Below are positions 19,361 to 32,008 of a DNA stretch of 64,000 bases, piece after piece. The position numbers and the translations under genes were made by a program. Numbering within the stretch: position 1 is the stretch's first letter; each line of letters opens with the position of its first letter. The DNA is taken from NCBI GenBank assembly GCA_965215365.1, contig CBDCDS010000003.1, positions 2,016,001-2,080,000 of the forward strand, written 5' to 3'. This DNA is from Gammaproteobacteria bacterium. GTDB lineage: Bacteria; Pseudomonadota; Gammaproteobacteria; Eutrophobiales; Eutrophobiaceae. Below the pieces are notes generated by a model. It was given only the letters and a program-made list of their open reading frames with translations, ran no database searches and was not told where the DNA came from.

Positions 19361-19363
<3 letters not shown>
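19120..19363 (-). mobile_element. ~244-bp MITE-like element with 22-bp imperfect TIRs and TA ends, between atpD and atpC
   Basis: TAGCCCGCATATCTCACTAAGT ... ACTTGGTGAGATCTGCGGGTTA; internal 17-bp stem TTTTTTGCGCCTGCGGG/CCCGCAGGCGCAAAAAA; second copy at 45356. Confidence 0.8.
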
Positions 19364-21266
<1,903 letters not shown>

Positions 21267-21267
<1 letters not shown>

Positions 21268-22130
21268 TACACCGCGGCTGCGCCACCCACGATCTCGGAT
21301 ATTTCTTGGGTGATTGCGGCCTGGCGGGCCTTGTTGTATATCAGTTGCAATTCTTCTATCAGGGTACCGGCATTATCGGACGCGCTCTTCATGGCGACCA
21401 TGCGCGCAGCCTGTTCGCAGGCGATATTCTCCACCACTGCCTGGTATATCAGAGATTCCACGTAGCGCCGCAATAACTGGTCCAGCACCTCCCTGGCATC
21501 CGGTTCATAAATGTAGTCCCAGTGGCGCTTCAGCTCTTCAGCTCCCAGCGATTGCACCGGGATAAGCTGCTCCACGGTTGACCGCTGCGTCATCGAGTTG
21601 ACGAACTGGTTGGAGACCAGATACACCTCGTCAAGGTCCTCTGCCAGATAGGCATCGAGCATCACCTTGATGGCGCCAATTAAGGTATCTAGGCCGGGCG
21701 CGTCCCCGATGTGAGTAGTCTGGGCGATGATATTCGCGCCCAGGCGTCGAAAGTAAGCCACCGCCTTGTTGCCGATGATGCTGAGGTCGATGCCGACCCC
21801 GGCGTCATCCCACGCCTGCATGCGGCCCAGCACCTCCCGGTACAGGTTCGAATTCAACCCGCCGCACAGGCCGCGGTCGGTGGCAATGATGACCAGCCCG
21901 ACACGCTTGACCTCGGCGCGCGCAATCAGGTAAGGATGCTTGTATTCCGGGTTGGCCGCGCCCAGGTGTGCGATCACGTTGCGGATTTTATCCGCATACG
22001 GGCGAGCCATGCGCATGCGTTCCTGCGCCTTGCGCATCTTGCTGGCCGCCACCATCTCCATCGCCTTGGTGATCTTCTGCGTGTTCTTCACGCTGGCGAT
22101 CTTGGTGCGTATTTCTTTACCTGCTGCCAT
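21267..22130 (-). CDS. atpG: ATP synthase gamma subunit
   Basis: [37 protein letters not shown]. Confidence 0.97.
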
Positions 22131-22146
22131 GGGTCTGCTGCGGTCT

Positions 22147-23688
22147 CTACCAGGTGTGGTTCTGCTTGAATTCTTCCAGGCTGTCCTTCAGCGCGGCGGC
22201 GACCGCGTCGGTGTACTCGGGCGTGGCCTCGATGCCCGCCATGAGCTCTTTGCGCTCACTGTGCATGAAGTTATGCAGCGCCGCTTCAAAATCACCGACT
22301 TTTTCCAGCTCCACGTCATCCAGGTAACCATTTTCCACCGCGTACAGGCTCACCGCGGTAGCGGCCACGCTGAGCGGGGAATATTGTGCCTGCTTCATCA
22401 ACTCCATCACGCGCTGGCCGCGCTCGAGTTGCTTGCGGGTGGCATCGTCCAGGTCGGAGGCAAACTGGGCGAATGCCGCCAGTTCCCGGTACTGGGCCAG
22501 GGCCAGACGGATGCCGCCGCCCAGTTTCTTGATGATCTTCGTCTGCGCCGCGCCGCCTACCCGCGATACCGACAGGCCAGCATTGATGGCGGGGCGGAAA
22601 CCGGAGTTGAACAGGTCGGTCTCTAGGTAGATCTGGCCGTCGGTAATGGAGATCACGTTGGTCGGCACAAACGCGGACACATCGCCGGCCTGGGTTTCGA
22701 TGATGGGCAGCGCGGTCAGCGACCCGGTCTTGCCCTTGACTTCGCCGTCGGTCAGTTTTTCCACTGCCTCTGCGTTCAGGCGCGCGGCCCGCTCCAGCAA
22801 GCGCGAGTGCAGGTAGAACACATCGCCGGGATAGGCTTCGCGCCCTGGCGGGCGGCGCAGCAGCAGCGACACCTGACGGTAGGCCCAGGCCTGCTTGGTC
22901 AGGTCATCGTAGATGATCAAGGCATCTTCGCCGCGGTCGCGGAAATACTCGCCCATGGCGCAGCCGGCGTAGGGCGCAATGTATTGCATGGCCGCCGAAT
23001 CCGAGGCCGTGGCCGCCACCACGATGGTGTGTGCCATGGCGCCGTGCTCTTCGAGCTTGCGTATCACCACGTTCACGGAGGAGGCCTTCTGGCCGATAGC
23101 CACGTAGATGCACTTCACCCCGGTGCCCTTCTGGTTGATGATAGTATCCACCGCCACCGCAGTCTTGCCGGTCTGGCGGTCACCGATGATCAGCTCACGT
23201 TGGCCGCACCCGATGGGCACCATGGAATCGATAGACTTCAGGCCGGTCTGCACCGGTTGTGACACGGACTGACGTCCGATCACGCCGGGCGCGATCTTTT
23301 CGATGGGGGAACTGGCGGCAGCGTTGATCTCACCCTTGCCGTCAATAGGGGCGCCCAGCGAATTGACCACGCGCCCCAGCAAGGCTTCCCCCACCGGCAC
23401 TTCCAGGATGCGCTTGGTGCACTTGGCGGTGTCGCCCTCGGAAATATGCTCATAATTCCCCAGCACCACCGCGCCCACCGAATCCCGCTCCAGGTTCAGG
23501 GCTAAGCCGTAGGTATTGGCGGGAAACTCAATCATCTCGCCCTGCATGGCGTCACTCAGACCGTGGATACGGGCAATCCCGTCGGACAGGCTGACTACGG
23601 TGCCCTCCGTGCGCGCATCGGTATCTAGGTCAAAGTCCTGTATTTTCTTTTTGATCAGTTCACTGATTTCTGTTGCACTGATTGACAT
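22147..23688 (-). CDS. atpA: ATP synthase alpha subunit
   Basis: [27 protein letters not shown]. Confidence 0.97.
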   Translation of the reverse strand: MSISATEISELIKKKIQDFDLDTDARTEGTVVSLSDGIARIHGLSDAMQGEMIEFPANTYGLALNLERDSVGAVVLGNYEHISEGDTAKCTKRILEVPVGEALLGRVVNSLGAPIDGKGEINAAASSPIEKIAPGVIGRQSVSQPVQTGLKSIDSMVPIGCGQRELIIGDRQTGKTAVAVDTIINQKGTGVKCIYVAIGQKASSVNVVIRKLEEHGAMAHTIVVAATASDSAAMQYIAPYAGCAMGEYFRDRGEDALIIYDDLTKQAWAYRQVSLLLRRPPGREAYPGDVFYLHSRLLERAARLNAEAVEKLTDGEVKGKTGSLTALPIIETQAGDVSAFVPTNVISITDGQIYLETDLFNSGFRPAINAGLSVSRVGGAAQTKIIKKLGGGIRLALAQYRELAAFAQFASDLDDATRKQLERGQRVMELMKQAQYSPLSVAATAVSLYAVENGYLDDVELEKVGDFEAALHNFMHSERKELMAGIEATPEYTDAVAAALKDSLEEFKQNHTW

Positions 23689-23708
23689 TACTGTTCCTCA
23701 ATTAGTCT

Positions 23709-23840
23709 ATCCGCAGCTGACGCAGTTAAGGTCACCTCTCACAAACACGAGGTGACCGTGCAGCACACGGAGGGTATTTTTAGAGGTTACCTTAAATAAC
23801 AACCGGAGTTTCATCTGCGTTCATCTGCGTCATCTGCGGA
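23709..23840. repeat. empty inverted pair of CGCAGAT-type units (GxxExxY-repeat-like) with a nested MITE
   Basis: ATCCGCAGCTGACGCAG (23709-23725) versus TCATCTGCGTTCATCTGCGTCATCTGCGGA (23811-23840). Confidence 0.65.
23730..23791. mobile_element. 62-bp MITE with TTAA target duplication
   Basis: ttaa-GGTCACCTCT...AGAGGTTACC-ttaa. Confidence 0.75.
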
Positions 23841-24369
23841 CCAGTTCGTTACGCAGTTCGCCCAGGCGGCCGCGCAGGGAGGCGTCGATGATGGCATCGC
23901 CGGCGCGGATGACGGCGCCGCCGATCAAGGTCTCATCCACCGCAGTCCTGACGCTAACCCGTTTACCCAGGCGCGCCGATATGGTGTCGGCTATGCCGGC
24001 CTGTTGCCGTTCATCCAGCGTGTAGGCCGTTACCACCTCCACCTCCACCTTGCCCTCGGCCGCGGCCCGCAGCTGCTCATACAAGTCCTTGATGTAAGAG
24101 GCGTATTGCAGGCGTTCGGCTTGCACCAGCACTTTCACGAAGTTTTGGCCGGCGCCGGAAAGCTCGTCGCCGCACACGTCAAACACCAGTTCCTGCAGCT
24201 GTTGGCGGCTGACTTTGGGGTTGGCGATCAGGGCGCGCAAGCTGTTGTCGGAGACAATCAGGCTTAACAAGCCAAGCATAGCTGACCAGGCCTCGACCTG
24301 GCCGGTCTCCTGCGCCAGTTCAAACACTGCGGTAGCGTAGGGCCGGGCTATGGTGGCATTCTCAAGCAT
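23830..24369 (-). CDS. atpH: ATP synthase delta subunit
   Basis: TIARPYA, VDETLIGGAVIRAGD.IIDAS. Confidence 0.95.
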   Translation of the reverse strand: MLENATIARPYATAVFELAQETGQVEAWSAMLGLLSLIVSDNSLRALIANPKVSRQQLQELVFDVCGDELSGAGQNFVKVLVQAERLQYASYIKDLYEQLRAAAEGKVEVEVVTAYTLDERQQAGIADTISARLGKRVSVRTAVDETLIGGAVIRAGDAIIDASLRGRLGELRNELVRR

Positions 24370-24379
24370 CAGGCGAGCC

Positions 24380-24850
24380 TTACAACTCTGCGCTTAATCC
24401 GGCCAGCAGTTCGTCATGCGCGCTCTTATCCACCTCGCGCCTCAGGATGCGCTCTGCGCCGACCAGCGCCAGCGTTGCCACTTCCTGCCGCAGGCCATCC
24501 CGGGCCTGGGTGCGCTCCCGCTCAATTTCGGCGTGCGCGGCCTCAATCAGACGGTCGCCTTCCACCCTGGCGGTCTGCTTGGCCTCTTCCAGGATCTCAG
24601 CGCCACGCTTTTGCGCCTGTACGATGATCTCGTTGGCCTTCTGCTTGCCCTCATTGACCAGCTCCGTCATACGCTGGTCGGCCTCCGCGAACTTGTGCTG
24701 CCCGGCCGCGGCGGCCGCCAGCCCGTCGGCAATGCGCTTTTCCCGCTCCTGCAAGGCATTGATGATCGGCGGCCACACATACTTCATGCAGAACCAGACG
24801 AAAATAAACAGCGAGATCGCCTGGCCGATCAAGGTCAGGTTGATGCTCAT
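24380..24850 (-). CDS. atpF: ATP synthase b subunit
   Basis: INLTLIGQAISLFIFVWFCMKYVWPP. Confidence 0.95.
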   Translation of the reverse strand: MSINLTLIGQAISLFIFVWFCMKYVWPPIINALQEREKRIADGLAAAAAGQHKFAEADQRMTELVNEGKQKANEIIVQAQKRGAEILEEAKQTARVEGDRLIEAAHAEIERERTQARDGLRQEVATLALVGAERILRREVDKSAHDELLAGLSAEL

Positions 24851-24855
24851 ACGCG

Positions 24856-26019
<1,164 letters not shown>

Positions 26020-26030
26020 CTAACGCCCGT

Positions 26031-26423
26031 TCAGCCCCGCTGCGGCCGCATAAGACCTGCCAGCGCCCAGGCATAGACTGCCAGCGTTGCCGCATACGTG
26101 CTCACGAACACCGGAAAATTGACCGGCGCCGTGGCAAACACGATACAGAACAGTGCGACTACCAGCGCTATCTTCATAAAATATGCAAGGTACAGGTTGC
26201 GCACGAACTGCTGCGCGTCTGTTGCTCTGCTGCCGAACACTTTTCTGCCCGTGTACCAGGTGGACAAGGCGCTGATGCCCCCGGCCAGCGCCGCCGAAGC
26301 CGCCGCCACCAGCCCCAACAGCGGTAACAAAGCCACGCCGACGCCAAGCGCGAGTCCGATCTGTATCACTGCAACCCGGTCAGGCATCGCCTTGATTTTC
26401 GGAGATTTCAAAAACCTGTCCAC
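26031..26423 (-). CDS. atpI: ATP synthase protein I
   Basis: Four hydrophobic segments; first gene of the atp operon. Confidence 0.75.
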   Translation of the reverse strand: MDRFLKSPKIKAMPDRVAVIQIGLALGVGVALLPLLGLVAAASAALAGGISALSTWYTGRKVFGSRATDAQQFVRNLYLAYFMKIALVVALFCIVFATAPVNFPVFVSTYAATLAVYAWALAGLMRPQRG

Positions 26424-26454
26424 CAGGTGCCACTCCCGTGAGAGACGAATTAAA

Positions 26455-26498
26455 AGGGAACTCTAAAAATGCCACGGAGGGCATTTTTAGAGATTACT
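26455..26498. mobile_element. 44-bp MITE-family copy with TAAA duplication in the atp leader
   Basis: taaa-AGGGAACTCTAAAAATGCCACGGAGGGCATTTTTAGAGATTACT-taaa. Confidence 0.65.
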
Positions 26499-26575
26499 TA
26501 AATACTGTATTTGCCCAGGCAGGAACTGACCTTCAATCTTTGGTTTTTATCCGCTGGTGACGGGCAAGGAGGCGC

Positions 26576-26604
26576 ATTATAATAGCATTGTGAGATTAAA
26601 GCAA
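26576..26604 (-). promoter_or_regulatory. sigma70 promoter of the atp operon
   Basis: TTGCTT-N17-TATAAT followed by the GC-rich discriminator GCGCC. Confidence 0.65.
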
Positions 26605-26686
26605 ACGTGTTCAGGTTCAATACATATGAGACTGTGCTGTGTGAATTGACACACTACCGAGGCGCAGGACCGAGATGCCGGTCAGT

Positions 26687-26715
26687 TTGACAGCGCCTCC
26701 CATAACGGCTAGAAT
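26687..26715 (+). promoter_or_regulatory. sigma70 promoter of yceD-rpmF-fab
   Basis: TTGACA-N17-TAGAAT, 10 nt before ATG 26726. Confidence 0.7.
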
Positions 26716-26725
26716 GCCGCGCCTG

Positions 26726-27241
26726 ATGTCGTCGGACCTGCCTCATATTATTGCGCCTGAGCGTCTTGCGCGGGCGGGTGTGCGCTTGCAGGGGCAGTTG
26801 CAACTGCGCGCCATGAGCCGGCTGACAGCATTATTGGCCGATGATCGGGGTACAGTCAGGCTGGGACTGACGTTCAGCCTTGCCGAGCATGGGGTAGTAC
26901 GCATTAACGGTGACTATGCCGCGCAGCTGCGTCTGGTTTGCCAACGCTGTCTGGAACCGATGACCGTAAGTCTGGCCGATACGATCAATGTGGGCATCGT
27001 TTTCACGGCTGCGGCAAGGCAACTGCCCGGTGCCGTGGAAACACTGGTACTCACACAGGACACCATGGTGTTGACGGATTTTATCGAAGATGAAATTTTA
27101 CTGGGCATGCCCATTGCGCCCAAGCATGAGCATCAAACCGCGCCTGCTGGCTGCTGCGCAGATGAGCAGATAGCGGAACCTGAACAGGCTGAGCCAAACC
27201 CGTTTCACGTATTGAAAACATTGCAGCTGGGAAACGCTTGA
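26726..27241 (+). CDS. yceD: DUF177/YceD rRNA accumulation protein
   Basis: CQRCLEP, IEDEILL, NPFHVL; upstream of rpmF. Confidence 0.9.
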   Translation: MSSDLPHIIAPERLARAGVRLQGQLQLRAMSRLTALLADDRGTVRLGLTFSLAEHGVVRINGDYAAQLRLVCQRCLEPMTVSLADTINVGIVFTAAARQLPGAVETLVLTQDTMVLTDFIEDEILLGMPIAPKHEHQTAPAGCCADEQIAEPEQAEPNPFHVLKTLQLGNA

Positions 27242-27277
27242 CTAGGCGTTCCCCAGCGCCGACCGGAGATTGCAAGC

Positions 27278-27463
27278 ATGGCTGTACAACAGAGAAAGAA
27301 ATCAACTGCACGGCGCGACGCGCGCCGTTCCCATGATGCGCTCAAATCACCGAGCCTGTCGGTTGAGCCGACTACCGGCGAGGTTCACCGGCGCCACCAT
27401 CTCAGTCCCGATGGCTATTACCGGGGCAAACAGGTTGTACGCACCAAGGAAGAGGATGAATAG
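27278..27463 (+). CDS. rpmF: 50S ribosomal protein L32
   Basis: [27 protein letters not shown] (no Zn-ribbon Cys). Confidence 0.95.
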   Translation: MAVQQRKKSTARRDARRSHDALKSPSLSVEPTTGEVHRRHHLSPDGYYRGKQVVRTKEEDE

Positions 27464-27495
27464 ACGTTGTTATCGAGCAGCGTTTTTGACCTGAA

Positions 27496-28509
27496 ATGGG
27501 CTTGTGTCTTGCGCTTGACGTCATGGGGGGAGACCATGGCCCGGGGGAAACAGTCCCCGCGGCGCTGCACGCACTGACCAGACACCGCAACCTTGAACTG
27601 CTGCTGGTGGGGCGGGAACAGCTCATTAAACCGGCGCTGGCCGGCCTTGCCCCTGAGCTGACCCGGCGCATCCGCCTGATACACGCGCCGGATGTCGTCA
27701 GCATGGATGAAGCCCCTTCCACAGCCTTGCGCAACAGCAAAAACTCATCCATGCGCGTGGCCATTGAGCAGGTGAAGAACGGCGCCGCGCAAGCCTGTGT
27801 CAGCGCCGGCAACACCGGCGCCTTGATGGCGATTTCCCGTTACGTACTGAAGATGCTGCCGGGCATAGACCGGCCGGCCATCTGTACCGTGATTCCGGGT
27901 ATCCACAGCCATACCCACATCCTTGACTTGGGCGCCAATGTCGATTCCAGCGCCGAGCAGTTATTCCAGTTTGCGGTAATGGGGGTGGAGCTGACCAGCG
28001 CCGTGGAGAATATTGCCGCACCCAAAGTAGGGTTGCTGAACGTGGGCACTGAGGAAAACAAGGGCAACGACCGGATAAGACAGGCGGCCTCACTACTGTC
28101 CGGGAGTCACCTCAATTATATCGGGTTTGTCGAAGGCAACGACATTTACTCAGGCGATGCGGACGTCATCGTATGCGACGGTTTTGTCGGGAATATTGCC
28201 TTGAAGGCCAGTGAGGGGGTTGCGCAGTTTTTCCTGCACCAGGTGCGCGCCGGTTTTGGTGCCAGCCTGTATGGCCAGGTTGCCGCCTTGATCTGCCACC
28301 CGGTCATCCAATCCATACGCAGAAAAACCGATCCTCGCCGCTACAACGGTGCCAGTCTGCTGGGGCTGCGCAGTATTGTCATCAAAAGCCACGGTAGTGC
28401 CGATCGGGTCTCGTTCGCGCACGCCATCGAAGAAGCGCTGCTGGAAGTGAAAAATAATATTCCCGAACGTATTACGGTCAGGCTCGAAGCGGTACTGACC
28501 GGGCAGTGA
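27496..28509 (+). CDS. plsX: phosphate acyltransferase
   Basis: ALDVMGGDHGP, SAGNTGA, LDLGAN, DGFVGN, KSHG. Confidence 0.95.
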   Translation: MGLCLALDVMGGDHGPGETVPAALHALTRHRNLELLLVGREQLIKPALAGLAPELTRRIRLIHAPDVVSMDEAPSTALRNSKNSSMRVAIEQVKNGAAQACVSAGNTGALMAISRYVLKMLPGIDRPAICTVIPGIHSHTHILDLGANVDSSAEQLFQFAVMGVELTSAVENIAAPKVGLLNVGTEENKGNDRIRQAASLLSGSHLNYIGFVEGNDIYSGDADVIVCDGFVGNIALKASEGVAQFFLHQVRAGFGASLYGQVAALICHPVIQSIRRKTDPRRYNGASLLGLRSIVIKSHGSADRVSFAHAIEEALLEVKNNIPERITVRLEAVLTGQ

Positions 28510-28512
28510 GCC

Positions 28513-29469
28513 ATGTATTACTCGCGCATCATCGGCAGCGGCGGCTATCTCCCGGAACGGGTTATGCCCAACGCGGAACTGGAGACCCTGGTGGATACTT
28601 CGGATGAATGGATACAGGCGCGCACCGGCATCCGCAAACGTCATATTGCCCGGACCGACGAAACCACCTCCGAGATGTGCTATCATGCTTCGCGCCAAGC
28701 CATTGAGTACGCTGGCATCGAGCCGGACAGTATCGACCTGATCGTGGTGGCTACCTCCACGCCCGACTTGATCTATCCCAGCACCGCGTGCCTGTTGCAG
28801 CATCGGCTTGGTCTATGCAATGGCTCGCCCGCCTTTGACGTGCAGGCGGTTTGCTCCGGCTTTATCTACGCCCTCAGCATCACCGACCAGTATCTTCGTA
28901 GCGGTGCCATGCAGCGCGCGCTGGTAGTGGGCGCAGACATGAATTCACGCATACTGGACTGGCACGATCGCACTACCTGTGTGTTGTTTGGCGACGGTGC
29001 CGGCGCGGCGCTGCTGGAACGCAGCGACAGCCCGGGGATATACAAAACCCTGTTACATGCCGACGGCAGTTACAGCGATTGTCTGCAAGTGCCTTCCGGC
29101 GTGGCCGCGCCCACAGCCGATCCGTTCATCCGGATGCGCGGCAATGAAGTATTCAAATTCGCAGTACAGGCCATGGCTGAGATTGTCGGAGAAACCTTGG
29201 CAGATACCGGCCTGCAGCAGCAGGACATTGACTGGCTGGTGCCGCACCAGGCCAACCATAGAATTATTGCCGCTACCGCAAAAAAGCTGGGCCTGAGCAT
29301 GGACCAGGTCATCCTGACACTGGGGGAACATGGCAACACCTCTGCTGCATCCATTCCCCTGGCACTGGATGTTGGCGTGCGCGACGGACGCATTAAACCG
29401 GGGGACATTATCATGATGGAAGCCGTCGGCGGCGGCTTCACCTGGGGCTCCGCACTCATTCAGTATTGA
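28513..29469 (+). CDS. fabH: beta-ketoacyl-ACP synthase III
   Basis: AVCSGF, FGDGAGA, PHQAN, GNTSAAS. Confidence 0.95.
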   Translation: MYYSRIIGSGGYLPERVMPNAELETLVDTSDEWIQARTGIRKRHIARTDETTSEMCYHASRQAIEYAGIEPDSIDLIVVATSTPDLIYPSTACLLQHRLGLCNGSPAFDVQAVCSGFIYALSITDQYLRSGAMQRALVVGADMNSRILDWHDRTTCVLFGDGAGAALLERSDSPGIYKTLLHADGSYSDCLQVPSGVAAPTADPFIRMRGNEVFKFAVQAMAEIVGETLADTGLQQQDIDWLVPHQANHRIIAATAKKLGLSMDQVILTLGEHGNTSAASIPLALDVGVRDGRIKPGDIIMMEAVGGGFTWGSALIQY

Positions 29470-29475
29470 CAAAAT

Positions 29476-29807
29476 ATGACGGAAAAAAGACAACATTTTA
29501 ACGCCCATGACCGACCGAATGAGGAAGCCCAACGAAGTATGACGGAAAAAAGACAACATTTTAACGCCGGATTTTTGTCGTCAGACGAGGCGGGCGATGA
29601 GAGAGGGAGGGAGTGTGCAGGTGCGCCCATGACCGACCGAATGAGGAAGCCCAACGAAGTATGACGGAAAAAAGACAACATTTTAACGCCGGATTTTTGT
29701 CGTCAGACGAGGCGGGCGATGAGAGAGGGAGGGAGTGTGCAGGTGCGCCCATGACCGACCGAATGAGGAAGCCCAACGAAGTATGACGGAAAAAAGACAA
29801 GTTAAAA
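29476..29807 (+). repeat. tandem array (one internally deleted copy plus two 122-bp units) of the TTTTAAC...GTTAAAA element
   Basis: ATGACGGAAAAAAGACAA recurs at 29476, 29539, 29661 and 29783; homologous to the rrn arrays. Confidence 0.9.
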
Positions 29808-30739
29808 CCGCATTTGTGTTTCCTGGGCAGGGCTCCCAGAGCGTAGGCATGCTCTCCGATCTGGTGCAAAATTTCCCCGTTGTCGGCGAAACATTTGCGC
29901 AGGCCTCAGCAGCGCTGGGTTACGACCTGCTGTCCCTGTGCCAGCATGGTCCCGAGGCCACTTTGAACCGGACGGAATACACGCAACCGGCCTTATTGAC
30001 CGCAGGCATCGCCGTCTGGCGGGTCTGGCAGGAGCGGGGCGGGGAGACGCCAATGTGCCTGGCCGGTCACAGCCTGGGTGAATACACCGCCCTGGTTTGC
30101 GCCGGCGTACTTGAATTTAACGATGCGGTGGCGCTGGTCGCTGCGCGCGCACGCTTCATGCAGGAGGCGGTCCCGCAGGGCGACGGCGCCATGGCGGCGG
30201 TATCCGGTCTGGACGATGACGCGGTTATCAAGGTCTGTGCCGACGCTGCCCAAGGGGATGTTGTGGCGGCGGCAAATTTCAATTTCCCGGGGCAGGTGGT
30301 CATCGCCGGTGCGACGGCGGCGGTGGCACGCGCCGGCGCCGCCGCGCAAGCGGCAGGGGCCAGGCGCGTCACGCTATTGCCGGTCAGCGTGCCGTCCCAT
30401 TGCGCGCTGATGCAGCCTGCCGCGACGCGCTTGCAACAGCGCGTCAATGCAATCACCTTCAAGCCCGCCGTCATTCCTGTTGTACAAAATGTTGATGCCA
30501 GGGCCCGCACCGAGCCTGAAGAGATAAAACAAGCTCTGGTGTTACAGTTGCACCAGGCTGTACTCTGGTCAAAATGCGTACAGGCCATGCAACAACGCGG
30601 CGTCACCCGAATGCTCGAATGCGGCCCCGGCAGGGTGCTCAGCGGCTTGCTCAGACGTATCGACAGAAACATAACCTGCGCTAGCATTGGCGAGATGGCC
30701 TCCCTAGAAACTACATTAGCCGCGCCTGACGCCAATTAA
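29783..30739 (+). CDS. fabD: malonyl-CoA:ACP transacylase
   Basis: AFVFPGQGSQ, TQPAL, GHSLGEY, VSVPSH; nearest in-frame ATG lies inside the repeat. Confidence 0.95.
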   Translation: MTEKRQVKTAFVFPGQGSQSVGMLSDLVQNFPVVGETFAQASAALGYDLLSLCQHGPEATLNRTEYTQPALLTAGIAVWRVWQERGGETPMCLAGHSLGEYTALVCAGVLEFNDAVALVAARARFMQEAVPQGDGAMAAVSGLDDDAVIKVCADAAQGDVVAAANFNFPGQVVIAGATAAVARAGAAAQAAGARRVTLLPVSVPSHCALMQPAATRLQQRVNAITFKPAVIPVVQNVDARARTEPEEIKQALVLQLHQAVLWSKCVQAMQQRGVTRMLECGPGRVLSGLLRRIDRNITCASIGEMASLETTLAAPDAN

Positions 30740-30768
30740 AATCCTCTACCTCAGCTACGAACAAAACC

Positions 30769-31518
30769 ATGAACCATCAACTTGACAATCAGGTCGCCCT
30801 GGTCACCGGGGCCAGCAGGGGCATCGGCAAGGCGATTGCCGCGCGCCTAGGCCGCGCCGGCGCCTGGGTCGTGGGCACCTCCACCAGCACTGAGGGCGCC
30901 GCGGGTATCACGGAGCATTTCCAGGCAAATGGGATTGCAGGTCGAGGGCTGGCGCTGGATATCAGCGCAGAGGCTTCGGTGGCACAGTTGGAGGCAACTT
31001 TGAAAGAGGCGGAAATCATACCGTCCATACTGGTAAATAACGCTGGAATTACCAGAGATAACTTGATGTTACGAATGAAACAACAGGAATGGGATGATGT
31101 TATTAACACCAACCTGAATGCGGTCTATCGTCTCAGCAAGCTGTGTCTGCGCAACATGATCAAGGCGCGCTACGGCCGTATCATCAATATCACCTCGGTC
31201 GTGGCCCTGTGCGGGAACGCGGGACAGACCAACTATGTCGCAGCCAAGGCCGGCATCATCGGTTTTACCCGGGCGCTGGCCCAGGAAACCGGCAGTCGCG
31301 GCATTACCGTCAACTGCGTTGCACCCGGTTTTATCGACACCGACATGACCGCAGGCCTGAACGACACACAGCGGGAAAAACTACTGGAACAAATTCCTTT
31401 GGGCCGTCTCGGCCGGGCCGATGATGTAGCCTGCGCCGTCGAATTCATCGCCTCACAGTCCGCAGGCTATATTACCGGCGAGGTGCTGAACGTAAACGGC
31501 GGGATGTATATGGCGTAG
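30769..31518 (+). CDS. fabG: 3-oxoacyl-ACP reductase
   Basis: TGASRGIG, NNAGITRD, YVAAK. Confidence 0.95.
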   Translation: MNHQLDNQVALVTGASRGIGKAIAARLGRAGAWVVGTSTSTEGAAGITEHFQANGIAGRGLALDISAEASVAQLEATLKEAEIIPSILVNNAGITRDNLMLRMKQQEWDDVINTNLNAVYRLSKLCLRNMIKARYGRIINITSVVALCGNAGQTNYVAAKAGIIGFTRALAQETGSRGITVNCVAPGFIDTDMTAGLNDTQREKLLEQIPLGRLGRADDVACAVEFIASQSAGYITGEVLNVNGGMYMA

Positions 31519-31685
31519 TAACCGAGGCGCCGCGCCGGTATTTGCATAGGGATTTTTATGCCCGGCGACCGGGGCAGGGGACTCATAGCAACAAATGTTA
31601 AATAAATACAACTTGAAACCAAGAACTATTTGGCTTATCGTACACCGGCTTTTGGTACTGGTACCGTTGAAGGAGGGTATATCAC

Positions 31686-31922
31686 ATGAGCAATGTTGAA
31701 GAACGGGTGATGAAAATCATCGTTGAGCAGTTGGGAGTGAAAGAAGAAGAAGTGACAAGTGAGGCGTCTTTTGTTGACGACCTGGGGGCAGATTCGCTTG
31801 ATACAGTTGAATTGGTCATGGCTCTGGAAGAAGAATTCAAGATTGAAATACCGGACGAAGATGCAGAAAAGATAACTACCGTGCAACAGGCGATCGACTA
31901 TATCGATCAGCACCTTGAATAA
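31686..31922 (+). CDS. acpP: acyl carrier protein
   Basis: [14 protein letters not shown]. Confidence 0.97.
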   Translation: MSNVEERVMKIIVEQLGVKEEEVTSEASFVDDLGADSLDTVELVMALEEEFKIEIPDEDAEKITTVQQAIDYIDQHLE

Positions 31923-31943
31923 CGCCGTATAAAACCTCTTGCA

Positions 31944-31979
31944 AGGCCGCTTCCCGGGTTGACCCGAAGCGGCCTTTTT
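31944..31979 (+). terminator. intrinsic terminator after acpP
   Basis: AGGCCGCTTC...GAAGCGGCCT followed by a T run. Confidence 0.7.
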
Positions 31980-32008
31980 CCATATCCAACAGCGTCGCTT
32001 TCCAGACC

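Noticed and set aside
26511-26567. SRP RNA or riboswitch in the atp leader
   Set aside because: Only a TTGCCC/GGGCAA stem; no SRP core or recognisable aptamer.
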